64,000 nt of DNA from positions 1 through 64,000 of the forward strand of contig CAVPIW010000009.1 of assembly GCA_963705105.1 (NCBI GenBank), in the 5' to 3' direction. The translations under genes and the position numbers were made by a program. Each line of letters starts with the position of its first letter. Within the stretch, counting starts at the first letter, position 1. The notes under the pieces were generated by a model. That model worked only from the letters and a program-made list of their open reading frames with translations, made no database searches and had not been told where the DNA came from. Below are positions 11,009 through 21,175 of the stretch, one piece after another. This DNA comes from an uncultured Nitrospiraceae bacterium (GTDB taxonomy: Bacteria > Nitrospirota > Thermodesulfovibrionia > Thermodesulfovibrionales > Dissulfurispiraceae).

Positions 11009-11206
11009 GTTGCAATAAGACATCCGGAAAGGCGGGGCGAAGATGCCGAAAAGCCTTGGTGCTGCGAAACCTATGCCGTCCCATAAGGATCATTTCAGGC
11101 CTATGGTTGATCGCATAAAAGATGAGATCCCGAATGTCCCATTTCAAATAATCATGCTCGCTATCAGCAAGGCTTTGAGGCACTTTGTCCCGCCTTTGCA
11201 TGCAAC
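11009..11206 (+). repeat. Palindromic element copy R1 (type A core)
   Basis: GTTGCA...GGAAAGGCGGGGCG...TCCCGCCTTTGCA-TGCAAC; homologous to R2-R9. Confidence 0.85.
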
Positions 11207-11314
11207 AGAACGGTCTTCTTTGCGCTCTTTGCGGCTTTGCGTGAGACACCTGAGATGTCTTCCTTTCACTGACACTCACACTGACACTGTCACTATTTTT
11301 TAAGGAGGCTAACC

Positions 11315-12046
11315 ATGCCGACAGCGACTTTGAAGGTGCTCCTCCTCCGCCATACGCCCAATCCCGAGGAGACGATCTCCATGGCGGCCAAGCTGTGCTA
11401 CAGCCCGTCGGACATCGAACCACTCCGGGAAAAGATCGAGAAGAAAGACCAGCGCGCCTTCGTCGAGAGGCTCATGAAGATGGGCCACATGAGCCCCATC
11501 GAGCACTCATCCTTCACCTTCGCCATTGAGGGCATATCGCGGGCCTGTTCCCACCAGCTCGTGCGGCACCGCATCGCCTCTTACAGCCAGCAGTCCCAGC
11601 GCTATGTGAGCGAGGAGGCGGGGTTCGATTACGTCATCCCGCCTTCCATCGCCGACGACGCCAGGCTGAAAGAGGCTTTCGAGCGCTTCATGGAACAGGC
11701 CCAGGAGATGTACAACAGGCTTGTGAAGGGCCTCAACGACAGAGGACTCCAGGGCGAGTCGGCGAACCAGGACGCCCGGTTCGTCCTGCCCAATGCAGCC
11801 GAGACGAAGATCATCGTCACCATGAACGCCCGGGAGCTCCTCCACTTCTTCCGGCAGCGCTGCTGCAACAGGGCCCAGTGGGAGATCCGGCGCCTCGCCG
11901 AAGAGATGCTGAAACTCGTTAGGAAAGTCTCCCCCGTCGTCTTCGCCAGGGGAGGTCCGGGCTGCCTTTCCGGTCCCTGTCCTGAAGGCGAATATTCCTG
12001 CGGAAAGGCCCCGGAGGTGAGAAGCAGGTACGGTGTGAAGAAATAG
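11315..12046 (+). CDS. thyX: FAD-dependent thymidylate synthase
   Basis: GHMSPIEH, SHQLVRHRIASYSQQSQRY, ARFVLP, AQWEIR. Confidence 0.95.
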   Translation: MPTATLKVLLLRHTPNPEETISMAAKLCYSPSDIEPLREKIEKKDQRAFVERLMKMGHMSPIEHSSFTFAIEGISRACSHQLVRHRIASYSQQSQRYVSEEAGFDYVIPPSIADDARLKEAFERFMEQAQEMYNRLVKGLNDRGLQGESANQDARFVLPNAAETKIIVTMNARELLHFFRQRCCNRAQWEIRRLAEEMLKLVRKVSPVVFARGGPGCLSGPCPEGEYSCGKAPEVRSRYGVKK

Positions 12047-12083
12047 CCTTCGCCGCCGATAGAATTACTATGGGGGGCGCCGT

Positions 12084-13634
12084 ATGGAACAGAAGGTAAT
12101 GACCAAGCGGGAGCGGGTCCTTGCTCTCATCAGCGAGCACGAGGACTTTCCCGCCCTTTCGACGACGATCACCCTCATGAACGGAATGAACTCCTCCAAC
12201 GACGTCTCGGTGAACCATTTCTCGAACCTCATCCTTAAAGACTATGCCCTGACCTGCAAAATCATCCACATGGTCAATTCGACGGCCTATGCCCATTTCG
12301 GCGAAATCACGACGGTTTCGCGGGCTGTCTTCGTCATGGGTCTCGAAACGATCAAGAACATGGCCATTGCCCTCAAGATGTTCGATCATTTCCGGGACCG
12401 CGTCAACACGGACGAACTGAAAGACCTGATGCTCAAGGCGCTCGCCAGCGCCGTCATCGCAAGGCACGTCTCGGAAAGCACGGGAGTCGGCAATGAGGAG
12501 GAGGCATTCCTCTGCTCCCTTTTCCACACCTTTGGTACGGTCCTCGTCGCCTTCTATCTCCCCGACGATTACAGCGAGATCAGAAAGCTCATCCATGAAA
12601 ACGGGGCGACGGAGGAGTCGGCGTCCCGGTCCGTTCTCGGCATATCCCTCGTCGATATCGGCATGCATTTCGCGAAGCTCTGGCATTTTCCGGAGCGCAT
12701 GGTCCTGAGCATGAAACCGGCCAGGATCCCCCTGATCAGGGGTGAAACCCCGGAGGAACAGCTTACGATGCTCTCCATACTGTCCCACGGGATCACCGCC
12801 GCCATCACCGAAAAGAAGGACCATGACGACAAGAAAAAGGCGATCGAGAAACTCGTGAAGAGTTACCGGGGGTTTTCGGAGATTGAAGGGGAGAAGATCG
12901 AGGGGTTCCTCACCTCGTCGGTCTCGGAGATAGAAGAATACTCCAATATCTTCGACCTCAACATCACCGACAGCCCGTTCATGAAACATCTTGAAGTGTA
13001 TATCCGGCAGATCGACATGACGGACGAGGGTTCCAATGGATCGCAGGATGCCGGATCGGAGGCGTTGGTGAGCCTCGACAGCCCGAGGTGCGGGCAGGAA
13101 GAGAGCTCCGATTCGGTCTTCACACGGGGCATCCAGGAAGTGACGAACGCCCTCTTCGGCAGCTATGAGCTGAACGATATTCTCAGGATCGGCCTCGAAA
13201 CGATGTTCCGGGGCCTGAATTTCGCGCAGGTCCGGAACGTCATCTTTTTCATCAAAGACGTGCGGAGCCCCCATCTCTGCATCCGTTTCGGCTTCGGGAG
13301 CGATATCGACCACATGAAAATATGGTTCCGCATACCTCTTGTGGCAGAAAATGACATCTTCAGCCTGGCGACGACGAAACAGAAGGACCTGCTCATCAAG
13401 GACACCGAGGACGCCTCGATCAGGCAGTCTCTTCCCCAGTGGTACCGGAGCCGTGCAAGGGGACGGATGTTCCTCATCCTCCTGCCCATCACGATCCAGA
13501 TGAAGCCCATCGGACTCTTTTATATCGAGGGATCCAGGGACGGGTGCAGGCACGTCACGGAGAGTCATCTCAATTTTCTGAAGATCATCAGGGACCAGAC
13601 GGTCCAGGCCATCAAGCGGAAGATCGGCGGCTGA
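12084..13634 (+). CDS. HDOD-domain signalling protein with a GAF-like C-terminal region
   Basis: FPAL, ILKDYALT...VNS, ITTVSRAVFVMG, EEAFLCSLFH, AKLWHFP. Confidence 0.8.
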   Translation: MEQKVMTKRERVLALISEHEDFPALSTTITLMNGMNSSNDVSVNHFSNLILKDYALTCKIIHMVNSTAYAHFGEITTVSRAVFVMGLETIKNMAIALKMFDHFRDRVNTDELKDLMLKALASAVIARHVSESTGVGNEEEAFLCSLFHTFGTVLVAFYLPDDYSEIRKLIHENGATEESASRSVLGISLVDIGMHFAKLWHFPERMVLSMKPARIPLIRGETPEEQLTMLSILSHGITAAITEKKDHDDKKKAIEKLVKSYRGFSEIEGEKIEGFLTSSVSEIEEYSNIFDLNITDSPFMKHLEVYIRQIDMTDEGSNGSQDAGSEALVSLDSPRCGQEESSDSVFTRGIQEVTNALFGSYELNDILRIGLETMFRGLNFAQVRNVIFFIKDVRSPHLCIRFGFGSDIDHMKIWFRIPLVAENDIFSLATTKQKDLLIKDTEDASIRQSLPQWYRSRARGRMFLILLPITIQMKPIGLFYIEGSRDGCRHVTESHLNFLKIIRDQTVQAIKRKIGG

Positions 13635-14334
13635 CCTCCATCTTCGCATCGAGGACGACGGCTCCGCCGGGATAGAGGGAGACGGGATTCAGGTCGATCT
13701 CGGACGGCACACCCGTTGCCATCAGTTCCGATACGGTCACAATCACCCTCGCCAGTGCGTCCATGTCGATGGGGGGCCACCCCCTGAACCCCGCCAGGAG
13801 CCTTGACCCTTTCACACGGCCCACGAGACGGCGGGCTTCGGCGTCCGTGAGAGGCGCGAGGGCGAAGGCAACGTCCCTGTAAAGCTCCACGAAGACACCG
13901 CCGAGCCCGAACATCACGACGGGACCGAACTGGCTGTCGACGATACCGCCGACGATGACCTCCGTCCCCGGCGGGGCCGTCTCCTCGACGATCACACCCT
14001 CGGCGCCCTCGATGGCGAGGAGCTCCGCAACGGCTTTCCGCAGCTCTTCCGCACCGGCGATCCCCCGCCGGACGCCGCCGACGTCGCTCTTGGAAACGAT
14101 GCGCGCCGACGAGACCTTCGCCACAAGAGGGTACGCGAGCGGCGGAGGGGTCAGGGTCTGTCCCTTCCCGATGAAGACACCCCTCGGGACTGTGAGCCCG
14201 AGCCGCCCCAGCAGGCCCTTCACCTCATGCTCAAGAAACACGCTCCGGTCTCCCCGTTCTGCGAGGAACGAACGGAGTTCCCTGCCTGCTTCGGTCTGAT
14301 CTGCCCGGATGTCGTCGTGATCGATCCGGGTCAT
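13612..14334 (-). CDS. Acetate--CoA ligase (ADP-forming) beta subunit, ATP-grasp
   Basis: YPLVAKV, KSDVGGV, FGPVVMFGLGGVFVE, EIDLNP. Confidence 0.85.
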   Translation of the reverse strand: MTRIDHDDIRADQTEAGRELRSFLAERGDRSVFLEHEVKGLLGRLGLTVPRGVFIGKGQTLTPPPLAYPLVAKVSSARIVSKSDVGGVRRGIAGAEELRKAVAELLAIEGAEGVIVEETAPPGTEVIVGGIVDSQFGPVVMFGLGGVFVELYRDVAFALAPLTDAEARRLVGRVKGSRLLAGFRGWPPIDMDALARVIVTVSELMATGVPSEIDLNPVSLYPGGAVVLDAKMEVSRRSSA

Positions 14335-14335
14335 G

Positions 14336-15703
14336 TCAGTTTCCCTCCCTTTGGCCGGGGTGATCGGTCCCTCCGAGTAGAGCCTTCAAGCCCCTGACGG
14401 CGCGCTCCGGCGAGGGATAAACGGGAATGCCCTCCCGCTCGAGCGCCTTGCGGAGGTAGACACCCAGGGGGTTCAGCGTCGTCAGTCCGACGACGGGTTT
14501 GCCGCAGCGCTTCCTGAAATCGACGATCCGGCCGGCCAGGCTCTCGGAAATGCCCATGACACCCGCAAGGGCGATGACGATGAATCCGTCATAATCATCC
14601 CCGAGAAGATCGAGCACATACCGGTACTCCTCGTCCGTCACCTGGGCCGTCAGGTCGAGGGGATTGTGGATGCCATAGAAGGGAGGAAATCTGTCCCGGA
14701 GTTTCCGGGCTTTCTCCACAGGAAGGGGCGTCACCTCGAGACCGTTCCGCATGCATTCATCGGCGGCGAGGACGCCCGATCCCCCGCCGTTCGTGACGAT
14801 GCAAACACGGGACCCGGAGCGGCGGCGCTGATACGCCAGGGCCTTCACCGCGTCGATGAGCTCATCGAAATCAGACGCCTCATTCAAACCGAACTGCGCG
14901 AGGACGGACCGGAAGACCTCGTACCTGCCGGCAAGGCGGCCCGTGTGTGAAAAGGCGGCCGTCTGTCCGACCGACCCCTTGCCCGCTTTCAGGATCAGAA
15001 GGGGCTTCTTCTCATCGAGCCTTCGCGCCCTGTCGATGAACTTTCGCCCGTCGCCCACCGATTCGATGTAGGAGACGACGACATCCGTCGCCGCGTCATC
15101 GAGCAGATATTCGTAGAGGTCCGATTCGTCCACGTCGATGGCGTTCCCGTAGCCCACCGCCTTCGACACGCCGGCACGCCATCCTCCCATGTGCTCGAAG
15201 AGACAGTGCAGGATGGCGCCGCTCTGGGAGACGACGGCGACCCGTCCCCGGGCAGGCCGTTTCAGCCGCGACGGGGGAATGAAAAAAGTGTCGAGCCTCG
15301 CCGCCGTATTGACGAGACCCATGCAGTTGGGACCGAGCATCCTGATGCCAGCGGCCTTTCCAATGTCGCGCACCTCATCCTGGAGGTCCTGCCTGCCGAT
15401 TTCGGAAAAGCCGGAGCTTGCGATGACGACACATTTCGTCATCCCCGCGAGGGCCCGCATGATCTGGGGAACTTCGTCCGACGGCCTGAGGATGATGGCG
15501 AGATCGACGGGCCGGGGCAGATCCGGCACGGACCGGTATGAGCGGATACCCATGAGCTCGTCGTACTTCGGATTGACCGGGAAGATGTCGCCTCTGAATT
15601 TCAGGAGGTTTCTCAGCATGACGCCGCCGAGCTTGATCTCCGTGTGAGCGGCGCCGATCAGCGCAATCGACCCGGGCCGGAAGAAGGGATCGAGGGAACT
15701 CAT
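14336..15703 (-). CDS. Acetate--CoA ligase (ADP-forming) alpha subunit, CoA-binding
   Basis: PGSIALIGA, LGPNCMG, VSQSGA, SHTG phospho-His, TNGGGSGV, NPLDL. Confidence 0.88.
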   Translation of the reverse strand: MSSLDPFFRPGSIALIGAAHTEIKLGGVMLRNLLKFRGDIFPVNPKYDELMGIRSYRSVPDLPRPVDLAIILRPSDEVPQIMRALAGMTKCVVIASSGFSEIGRQDLQDEVRDIGKAAGIRMLGPNCMGLVNTAARLDTFFIPPSRLKRPARGRVAVVSQSGAILHCLFEHMGGWRAGVSKAVGYGNAIDVDESDLYEYLLDDAATDVVVSYIESVGDGRKFIDRARRLDEKKPLLILKAGKGSVGQTAAFSHTGRLAGRYEVFRSVLAQFGLNEASDFDELIDAVKALAYQRRRSGSRVCIVTNGGGSGVLAADECMRNGLEVTPLPVEKARKLRDRFPPFYGIHNPLDLTAQVTDEEYRYVLDLLGDDYDGFIVIALAGVMGISESLAGRIVDFRKRCGKPVVGLTTLNPLGVYLRKALEREGIPVYPSPERAVRGLKALLGGTDHPGQREGN

Positions 15704-16857
15704 GAACTCTCGATGAAGAGCAGGGCCGGGTCCTCGAGATAGCGGACGACCTTTGTCAGAAACCGGGCGGCATAGCCGCCGTCCGTTATCCGGTGATCAA
15801 AGGTGAGAGAGAGGGGCACGACCTTCCGGATCATGATCTGACCGTCCTTGACCCAGGGCTTGTCGGCGATCCTCCCGATGCCGAGGACCGCCACATCGGG
15901 GTAGTTGATGATGGGTGTGCCGAAGGTGCCGCCGAAAAGACCGTAATTCGTGATCGTGAAGGTGCTCCCCCTGATCTCGTCGAGGGAGATCTTCCTTTCC
16001 CGTGACTTGACACCCAGGTCCTGGAGTTCCCTGGCGAGATCGAGAATCGACTTTTTGTCCACATCCCTGATGACGGGCACGATGAGTCCTTCGGGCGTAT
16101 CGACGGCGATCCCGAAATGGTAGTACTTCTTGACAACGATCTCCTCTTTCTGCTCGTCCACGGAGGCGTTGAGGACGGGAAATTCTGCAAGGGCATGCTG
16201 CAGGGCTTTCACGAAAAAGGGAAGAACGGTGAGATGGACGCCTTTTTCCTCGAGAGCCGCCTTTTCCCTGTCCCGGAGGGACCAAAGGTCGGAGACGTCG
16301 GCCTCGTCCATGGCCGTCACAAAGGCCGTCATTTTCTGCGAGGCCAGGAGATTGCGGGCGATGATCCTCCTGAGACCCGTGACCGGCACCCGCTCTGTAG
16401 GGCCGAACTGATCCTCCGTCTTCCGGATCTTTTGGGACGCATCCATGACGTCGGCCTTCGTGATGCTCCCGCCCGGTCCCGAGCCTGTCACCGTCTCGAG
16501 CTTCACCCCCAGTTCCTTTGCGAGGGCCCGCACGGCCGGCGCGGCGAGAACCTCCCCTCCCCCTTCAGGAAGGACGCCGACAACCGTCACGGATTTCGGA
16601 TGCTCCTCAACGGGCTCTCCCTCTTCGGCGATCGTCATGAGCACCTCGCCGACTTTGGCGATCTCCCCCTCGGACTTGTGTATCTTCAGGACCCGCCCCT
16701 TCTTCGGGGAAGGCACCTCCATGATCGCCTTGTCCGTTTCGATCTCCAGGACGGTCTGGTGCTCCTCAACCTCGTCACCCTCTCGGACGATCCACTTCCT
16801 GATCTCGCCCTCCGTCATTCCCTCTCCCAGGTCGGGCAGCACAAAGTCATAGGGCAT
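15700..16857 (-). CDS. 2-oxo acid dehydrogenase E2 (dihydrolipoamide acyltransferase)
   Basis: LPDLGEG, lipoyl ETDKA, PAVRALAKE, GSGPGG, DHRITDG. Confidence 0.92.
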   Translation of the reverse strand: MPYDFVLPDLGEGMTEGEIRKWIVREGDEVEEHQTVLEIETDKAIMEVPSPKKGRVLKIHKSEGEIAKVGEVLMTIAEEGEPVEEHPKSVTVVGVLPEGGGEVLAAPAVRALAKELGVKLETVTGSGPGGSITKADVMDASQKIRKTEDQFGPTERVPVTGLRRIIARNLLASQKMTAFVTAMDEADVSDLWSLRDREKAALEEKGVHLTVLPFFVKALQHALAEFPVLNASVDEQKEEIVVKKYYHFGIAVDTPEGLIVPVIRDVDKKSILDLARELQDLGVKSRERKISLDEIRGSTFTITNYGLFGGTFGTPIINYPDVAVLGIGRIADKPWVKDGQIMIRKVVPLSLTFDHRITDGGYAARFLTKVVRYLEDPALLFIESS

Positions 16858-16941
16858 GGCACGCTCCTGTATGCGTCTGTATTGGGTTCTTTTGTAAAGG
16901 ATAGCATGCACCAGGGGGTTAGTCAATCGACGGCATCCTGA

Positions 16942-16979
16942 CAAAACAGAGAGGGGTCCGGCGCTTGCCGGACCCCTCT
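16942..16979 (-). terminator. Probable rho-independent terminator of the cytochrome operon
   Basis: 13-bp stem AGAGGGGTCCGGC-gctt-GCCGGACCCCTCT followed by a T-rich tail on the minus strand. Confidence 0.65.
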
Positions 16980-17071
16980 GCTGAGTCCTCAGTCTCCTGA
17001 GCACTCGTGACTGTCTGTTGTCCGTCCCGAGTCTTGTCTGTTATTTCTGTCTACTGTCTATTGTTTATTGC

Positions 17072-18328
17072 CTACTGTTTATGGCACTTCGCGCATTCCG
17101 TCACCGCCGTCGCCACCTGTCCGTTGTGGCAGGCGCCGCAGCTCTTGCCCTCGTACATGGGATCCATCTTCAGCTTCCCCACACTCTGCTTCGAAGCAAA
17201 AAGCTTCGGATGACACTCGGCACACCCGAAGGCCGCCGTGTGGAACTGGTGGCTGAACACCAACGCTCCCGCGCCCCCTCCGCCATAGGTCAGGTCTTTG
17301 CCGAATCCCGCCTTGAGGTCATGGCACTTTGCGCACTCCGACGACGCAAAGGCCATCTGCCCATTGTGACAGGTCCCGCAGATCTTGCCCTCATACATGG
17401 CTTCCATTTTCATCCTGCCGGCGCTCTTCTTCATCGCAAAGAGCTTCGGATGGCACTGGTCGCACCCGAAGGCGGCGACATGGAACTTGTGGCTGAAGGA
17501 TGCATCGGCGAACCCCTCGATGCGGTAGGTCAGCTCCCTGTTGAATTCTGTTATATCATGACATCTGGCACACTCTGACGGGGCAAAGGCCTGCTTCGCA
17601 TTGTGGCAGGTCCCGCACCATGTGCCCTTGTTTATTCCTTCCATGTTCATCATTCCGGCGGACTTCTTCAGACTGAACGTTTTCGGGTGACATTCCTGGC
17701 ATCCGAACAACGCTGTATGCATGGCATGGCTGAATTTCACCGACCCCACATTCCTGACCGAGTACTGCAGCTCCTTGCCGTAGGCCTTCATGTCGTGGCA
17801 TTTGACGCATTCGTTTACCCCGAAGGCCTGTTTCCCGTTGTGGCAGACGCCGCAGTTCTTTCCTTTCTCCATCTCAGCCATCGTTACCGCCGAGTGACCG
17901 CTCTTCATAAGGAAGGGCGCCGGATGACAGGCCCGGCAGGTCGACCTTTTGGCATGGCTGTCGTGGCTGAACTGCGACGGCTGTTTCCCCTTCTTAAAGG
18001 ATACGGATTTCAGCCCGTGGCACTTCCCGCAGATCGCCGACAGGTCGCTGACAAGCCTGTGCTTCTCCAGGTCATGACACTTGCTGCACTGCTTCGGAGA
18101 AGTCTTGCCGTGGATCTTATGAGAGTAAAGGCCTTTCCCCGTCTTTTCGTCGAACTGTTTGAAGTCATGACATGTAAAACAGGGCAGGCCGCCGACGGTC
18201 TGTTCCTGTTCGGCATCCCTTTTGTCTGACGCTGCCGGTTTTTCCTTTCCTCCTGCTCCGGAAGTGTATGCTATCGATAACACCGCCAACGCCAGCAGGG
18301 CAATAAAGATTTTCGCGACTTTTCTCAT
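17072..18328 (-). CDS. 15-heme c7-type polymeric cytochrome c
   Basis: 15 CxxCH counted, in five three-heme units (FSH..H....C..CH...M...G..CG.CHNG..AF....C..CH); signal peptide. Confidence 0.9.
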   Translation of the reverse strand: MRKVAKIFIALLALAVLSIAYTSGAGGKEKPAASDKRDAEQEQTVGGLPCFTCHDFKQFDEKTGKGLYSHKIHGKTSPKQCSKCHDLEKHRLVSDLSAICGKCHGLKSVSFKKGKQPSQFSHDSHAKRSTCRACHPAPFLMKSGHSAVTMAEMEKGKNCGVCHNGKQAFGVNECVKCHDMKAYGKELQYSVRNVGSVKFSHAMHTALFGCQECHPKTFSLKKSAGMMNMEGINKGTWCGTCHNAKQAFAPSECARCHDITEFNRELTYRIEGFADASFSHKFHVAAFGCDQCHPKLFAMKKSAGRMKMEAMYEGKICGTCHNGQMAFASSECAKCHDLKAGFGKDLTYGGGGAGALVFSHQFHTAAFGCAECHPKLFASKQSVGKLKMDPMYEGKSCGACHNGQVATAVTECAKCHKQ

Positions 18329-18493
18329 ACGACTTCCCCCCGGTCGTCCCGATCGTCAGCCCAAAAGCTATGTGCTTCCATGAAACCTCCTCATCGGGGA
18401 ATTTGGAAGGCTCGATCCGGCCCCTCTCTCTGAGTCCTCAGTCCTGAGTCCTTTCTTTTCTGAGTCCTGCGTCCTGAGCACTCGTGACTGCCT

Positions 18494-19507
18494 TTACTGT
18501 TTGTGGCACTTCGCGCAGTCCGTCACCGCCGATGCCACCTGCCCGTTGTGGCAGGCCCCGCAGCTCTTGCCCTCATACATCGGGTCCATCTTCAGCGCGC
18601 CGCTCTTCTTTGACGCAAACAGCTTCGGATGACAGTCGCCACATCCAAAGGCAGCCGTGTGGAACTGGTGGCTGAACACCACCGCTCCCGCTCCCCCTCC
18701 CTCATACTTCACGTCCTTGCCGAATCCCGCCTTCAGGTCATGACATTTGGCGCACTCCGTCGATGCAAAGGCCATCTGCCCGTTATGACAGGCCCCGCAG
18801 CTCTTGCCCCCGTACATGGGCTCCATCTTCAGCTTGCCGCTCTTCTTCATGGCAAACAGTTTCGGATGGCACTGGTCACACCCAAAGGCCGCCGTGTGAA
18901 ACGTGTGGCCGAACACCACCGCTCCCGCTCCCCCTCCGGCGTATTTCACATCCTTGCTGTATCCACTCTTGAGGTCATGGCACTTGGCGCACTCTTTCGT
19001 CCCAAAGGCCTTCCTGCCGTTGTGGCACTGCCCGCAGTTCTTCCCTTTGTCCATCTCCTCCATGGTGATGACGCTGCTGCCCGCCTTCATGGGGAAGATC
19101 TTCGGGTGGCATTCCCGGCACCTCTGCCTCTTGGCATGAGCCTCATGGTTGAAGGCAGACGGCAATGAGCTCCGCTGGAATGTCAGGCCCTGCAGTGTGT
19201 GGCATTTCCCGCAGACGCCGTGGATGTCCGCACTGAGTTTGTGGGCTTTGAGGTCATGGCACTGGTTGCAGTGATACCCCGTCTTTGCATGGATGGTGTG
19301 GGAGAAGCTCCCTTTGCCCGCTCCCGCTGTGTAGTCCTTGTATTCATGGCATTTGAAGCAGGGCAGTTCGCTGACGGCTTCGTCTTTGCTGATGATGCGC
19401 TCCACGGGCGCCGCCGCTTTCTTGTCCTTGTCCTTGTCCCCCGCTCCGGGGACGCAGCCCGTGATGACGATCATCAGTCCCGCAAGGAGCACCCGGATCG
19501 CCTTCAT
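18494..19507 (-). CDS. 12-heme c7-type lipoprotein cytochrome c (CbcC-like)
   Basis: 12 CxxCH in four units; lipobox ITGC. Confidence 0.88.
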   Translation of the reverse strand: MKAIRVLLAGLMIVITGCVPGAGDKDKDKKAAAPVERIISKDEAVSELPCFKCHEYKDYTAGAGKGSFSHTIHAKTGYHCNQCHDLKAHKLSADIHGVCGKCHTLQGLTFQRSSLPSAFNHEAHAKRQRCRECHPKIFPMKAGSSVITMEEMDKGKNCGQCHNGRKAFGTKECAKCHDLKSGYSKDVKYAGGGAGAVVFGHTFHTAAFGCDQCHPKLFAMKKSGKLKMEPMYGGKSCGACHNGQMAFASTECAKCHDLKAGFGKDVKYEGGGAGAVVFSHQFHTAAFGCGDCHPKLFASKKSGALKMDPMYEGKSCGACHNGQVASAVTDCAKCHKQ

Positions 19508-20226
19508 TCCTTGCCCCCTTCTTTCTTGCCGTATTCAATCTCGTATTCCAACGGATGCTCGTGTTTCATCTCCTGCAGGCTGATCCGCCCCGTCAGCCAC
19601 GCCATGCTCATGGGAAATTTCTCAAACCGCAGGTGTTCGTTGTAAAAGTGAAAAAAGAAAATAAACACGATGGCCAGAAGCGCTTCGTCTCCGTGCATGA
19701 TGAACAGCACTTCCCAGATCCACTCCAATGTCCACTTCGGAAACAGGTGGGAGGCCTGCACGGGAAAGGCCAGAAACAGCCCCGACAGTCCGATGATGCC
19801 CATGCCCCAGAACACGGCCCAGTAGTCAAATTTGTGGACGTAGGTGAACCGCCCGAATTGCGGCTTCTCCCTGCTCAGCCCCAAAAAGTACTTGAAGTTC
19901 TGTGCCGCGTCGGTCAGATCTTTGGGAACAGGCACAATGGTGGTGTCCGGGTGAAACCGCATGCGGCCCGTCAGGATCCGGTAGGCCATGTACAGCACAT
20001 GCCACACAAAGTCGCTCACCATGATGACGCCCGAGACGACGTGAATGGTGTGGGCGTTCTTGGGTCCCCCCCAGATGCCGATCCACCATCTCGACTGCTC
20101 CATCTCCGGGTATTTCAAGGCCCACCCGCTGAAGGCAAGCAGTAAGAAGGTCACAAACAAGATCCCGTGCTGCAGCCTCTCGATGAGGTTGAACCGCTGG
20201 TATTCCCCTTGTATCTGCTCACTCAT
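19504..20226 (-). CDS. Membrane di-heme cytochrome b (CbcB/FdnI-like)
   Basis: RFNLIERLQH, FGRFTYVHKFDYWAVFWG, HGDEALLAI; 4 TM segments. Confidence 0.85.
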   Translation of the reverse strand: MSEQIQGEYQRFNLIERLQHGILFVTFLLLAFSGWALKYPEMEQSRWWIGIWGGPKNAHTIHVVSGVIMVSDFVWHVLYMAYRILTGRMRFHPDTTIVPVPKDLTDAAQNFKYFLGLSREKPQFGRFTYVHKFDYWAVFWGMGIIGLSGLFLAFPVQASHLFPKWTLEWIWEVLFIMHGDEALLAIVFIFFFHFYNEHLRFEKFPMSMAWLTGRISLQEMKHEHPLEYEIEYGKKEGGKE

Positions 20227-21175
20227 GGCCGCCCCCTTTCCGGAATATCCAGTCCCGGATGTCCGCATAGACGTTGAGGATCACGTGGATGAAGATAAAC
20301 AAAAAGGTCCCCAGGACCAGAACGATCAGTCCTTTCTCCGTATAGTGCGCAACCGCTCCCGCCGGTTTGTGGGTGACAGACCCGACAAATTTGTCCGTCG
20401 CCCCGGGATGGCACCGCCCGCAGGTCTCTTTCCTCTTGTCCACAGACATGGGTGACTGCGGGTCCGTCCACTTCCACACGCCGTGGTAGCCGTGGCAGCT
20501 CGCGCAGGTGGGCACTTCCTTCTGCCCCAGCTTGTGCTTCTTGCCGTGGAAGCTCTCTTTGTATCTCTTCAGGATCTCCTCACTGTAGCCGTACCGCTTC
20601 AGGATCTCCGGGTCTTCGTGACACCGGCCGCAGGTCTCGACGACTTCGCTCCAGTGGACTTTCGATTCCCTCACTCCCTTGGGCTGTATGTAGTGCGCAG
20701 CGCCGTGGCAGTCCGTGCAGATGGCCCCGTCTTTGCTGCCCTTGTCAATGACGTTTTTGGCATGGACGCTCTGCAGCCACTGCGTGTAGGCCCCTTTGTG
20801 GCATTCGATGCAGGCAGCGTAGGCGACGGGTTCCAGTTTGGCCTTGCCTTTGATCTTCTTGGCCAGTGAGGCGATCTCCGCCGGCACCTCGGCCGCCCCG
20901 GCAGGTCCGTGCCCTCCCCCACTGAAGTTCCTGTGGCAGGCCGTGCAGTCCAGCTCGCCGTGCACCGCCTTGCCGTACCGGCCCGCGTCAATGTGCACGT
21001 CGATCATCACCCCCTCGGCCGTCTTCACCCTGCCCTTCATCGCATCGTGACAGACAAGACAGTCCGATGTGTCGGCAGCCATTGCGGGAGATATCAGAAA
21101 CGGCAACAAAAGCAAGAATACCAGGAATGTGTTTCCCACAACCCCTCCTTTACCGTCAATAGTAAAAAGGCGCAT
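20219..21175 (-). CDS. 7-heme cytochrome c with C-terminal membrane anchor (CbcA-like)
   Basis: 7 CxxCH counted; C-terminal TM with His. Confidence 0.85.
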   Translation of the reverse strand: MRLFTIDGKGGVVGNTFLVFLLLLPFLISPAMAADTSDCLVCHDAMKGRVKTAEGVMIDVHIDAGRYGKAVHGELDCTACHRNFSGGGHGPAGAAEVPAEIASLAKKIKGKAKLEPVAYAACIECHKGAYTQWLQSVHAKNVIDKGSKDGAICTDCHGAAHYIQPKGVRESKVHWSEVVETCGRCHEDPEILKRYGYSEEILKRYKESFHGKKHKLGQKEVPTCASCHGYHGVWKWTDPQSPMSVDKRKETCGRCHPGATDKFVGSVTHKPAGAVAHYTEKGLIVLVLGTFLFIFIHVILNVYADIRDWIFRKGGGHE

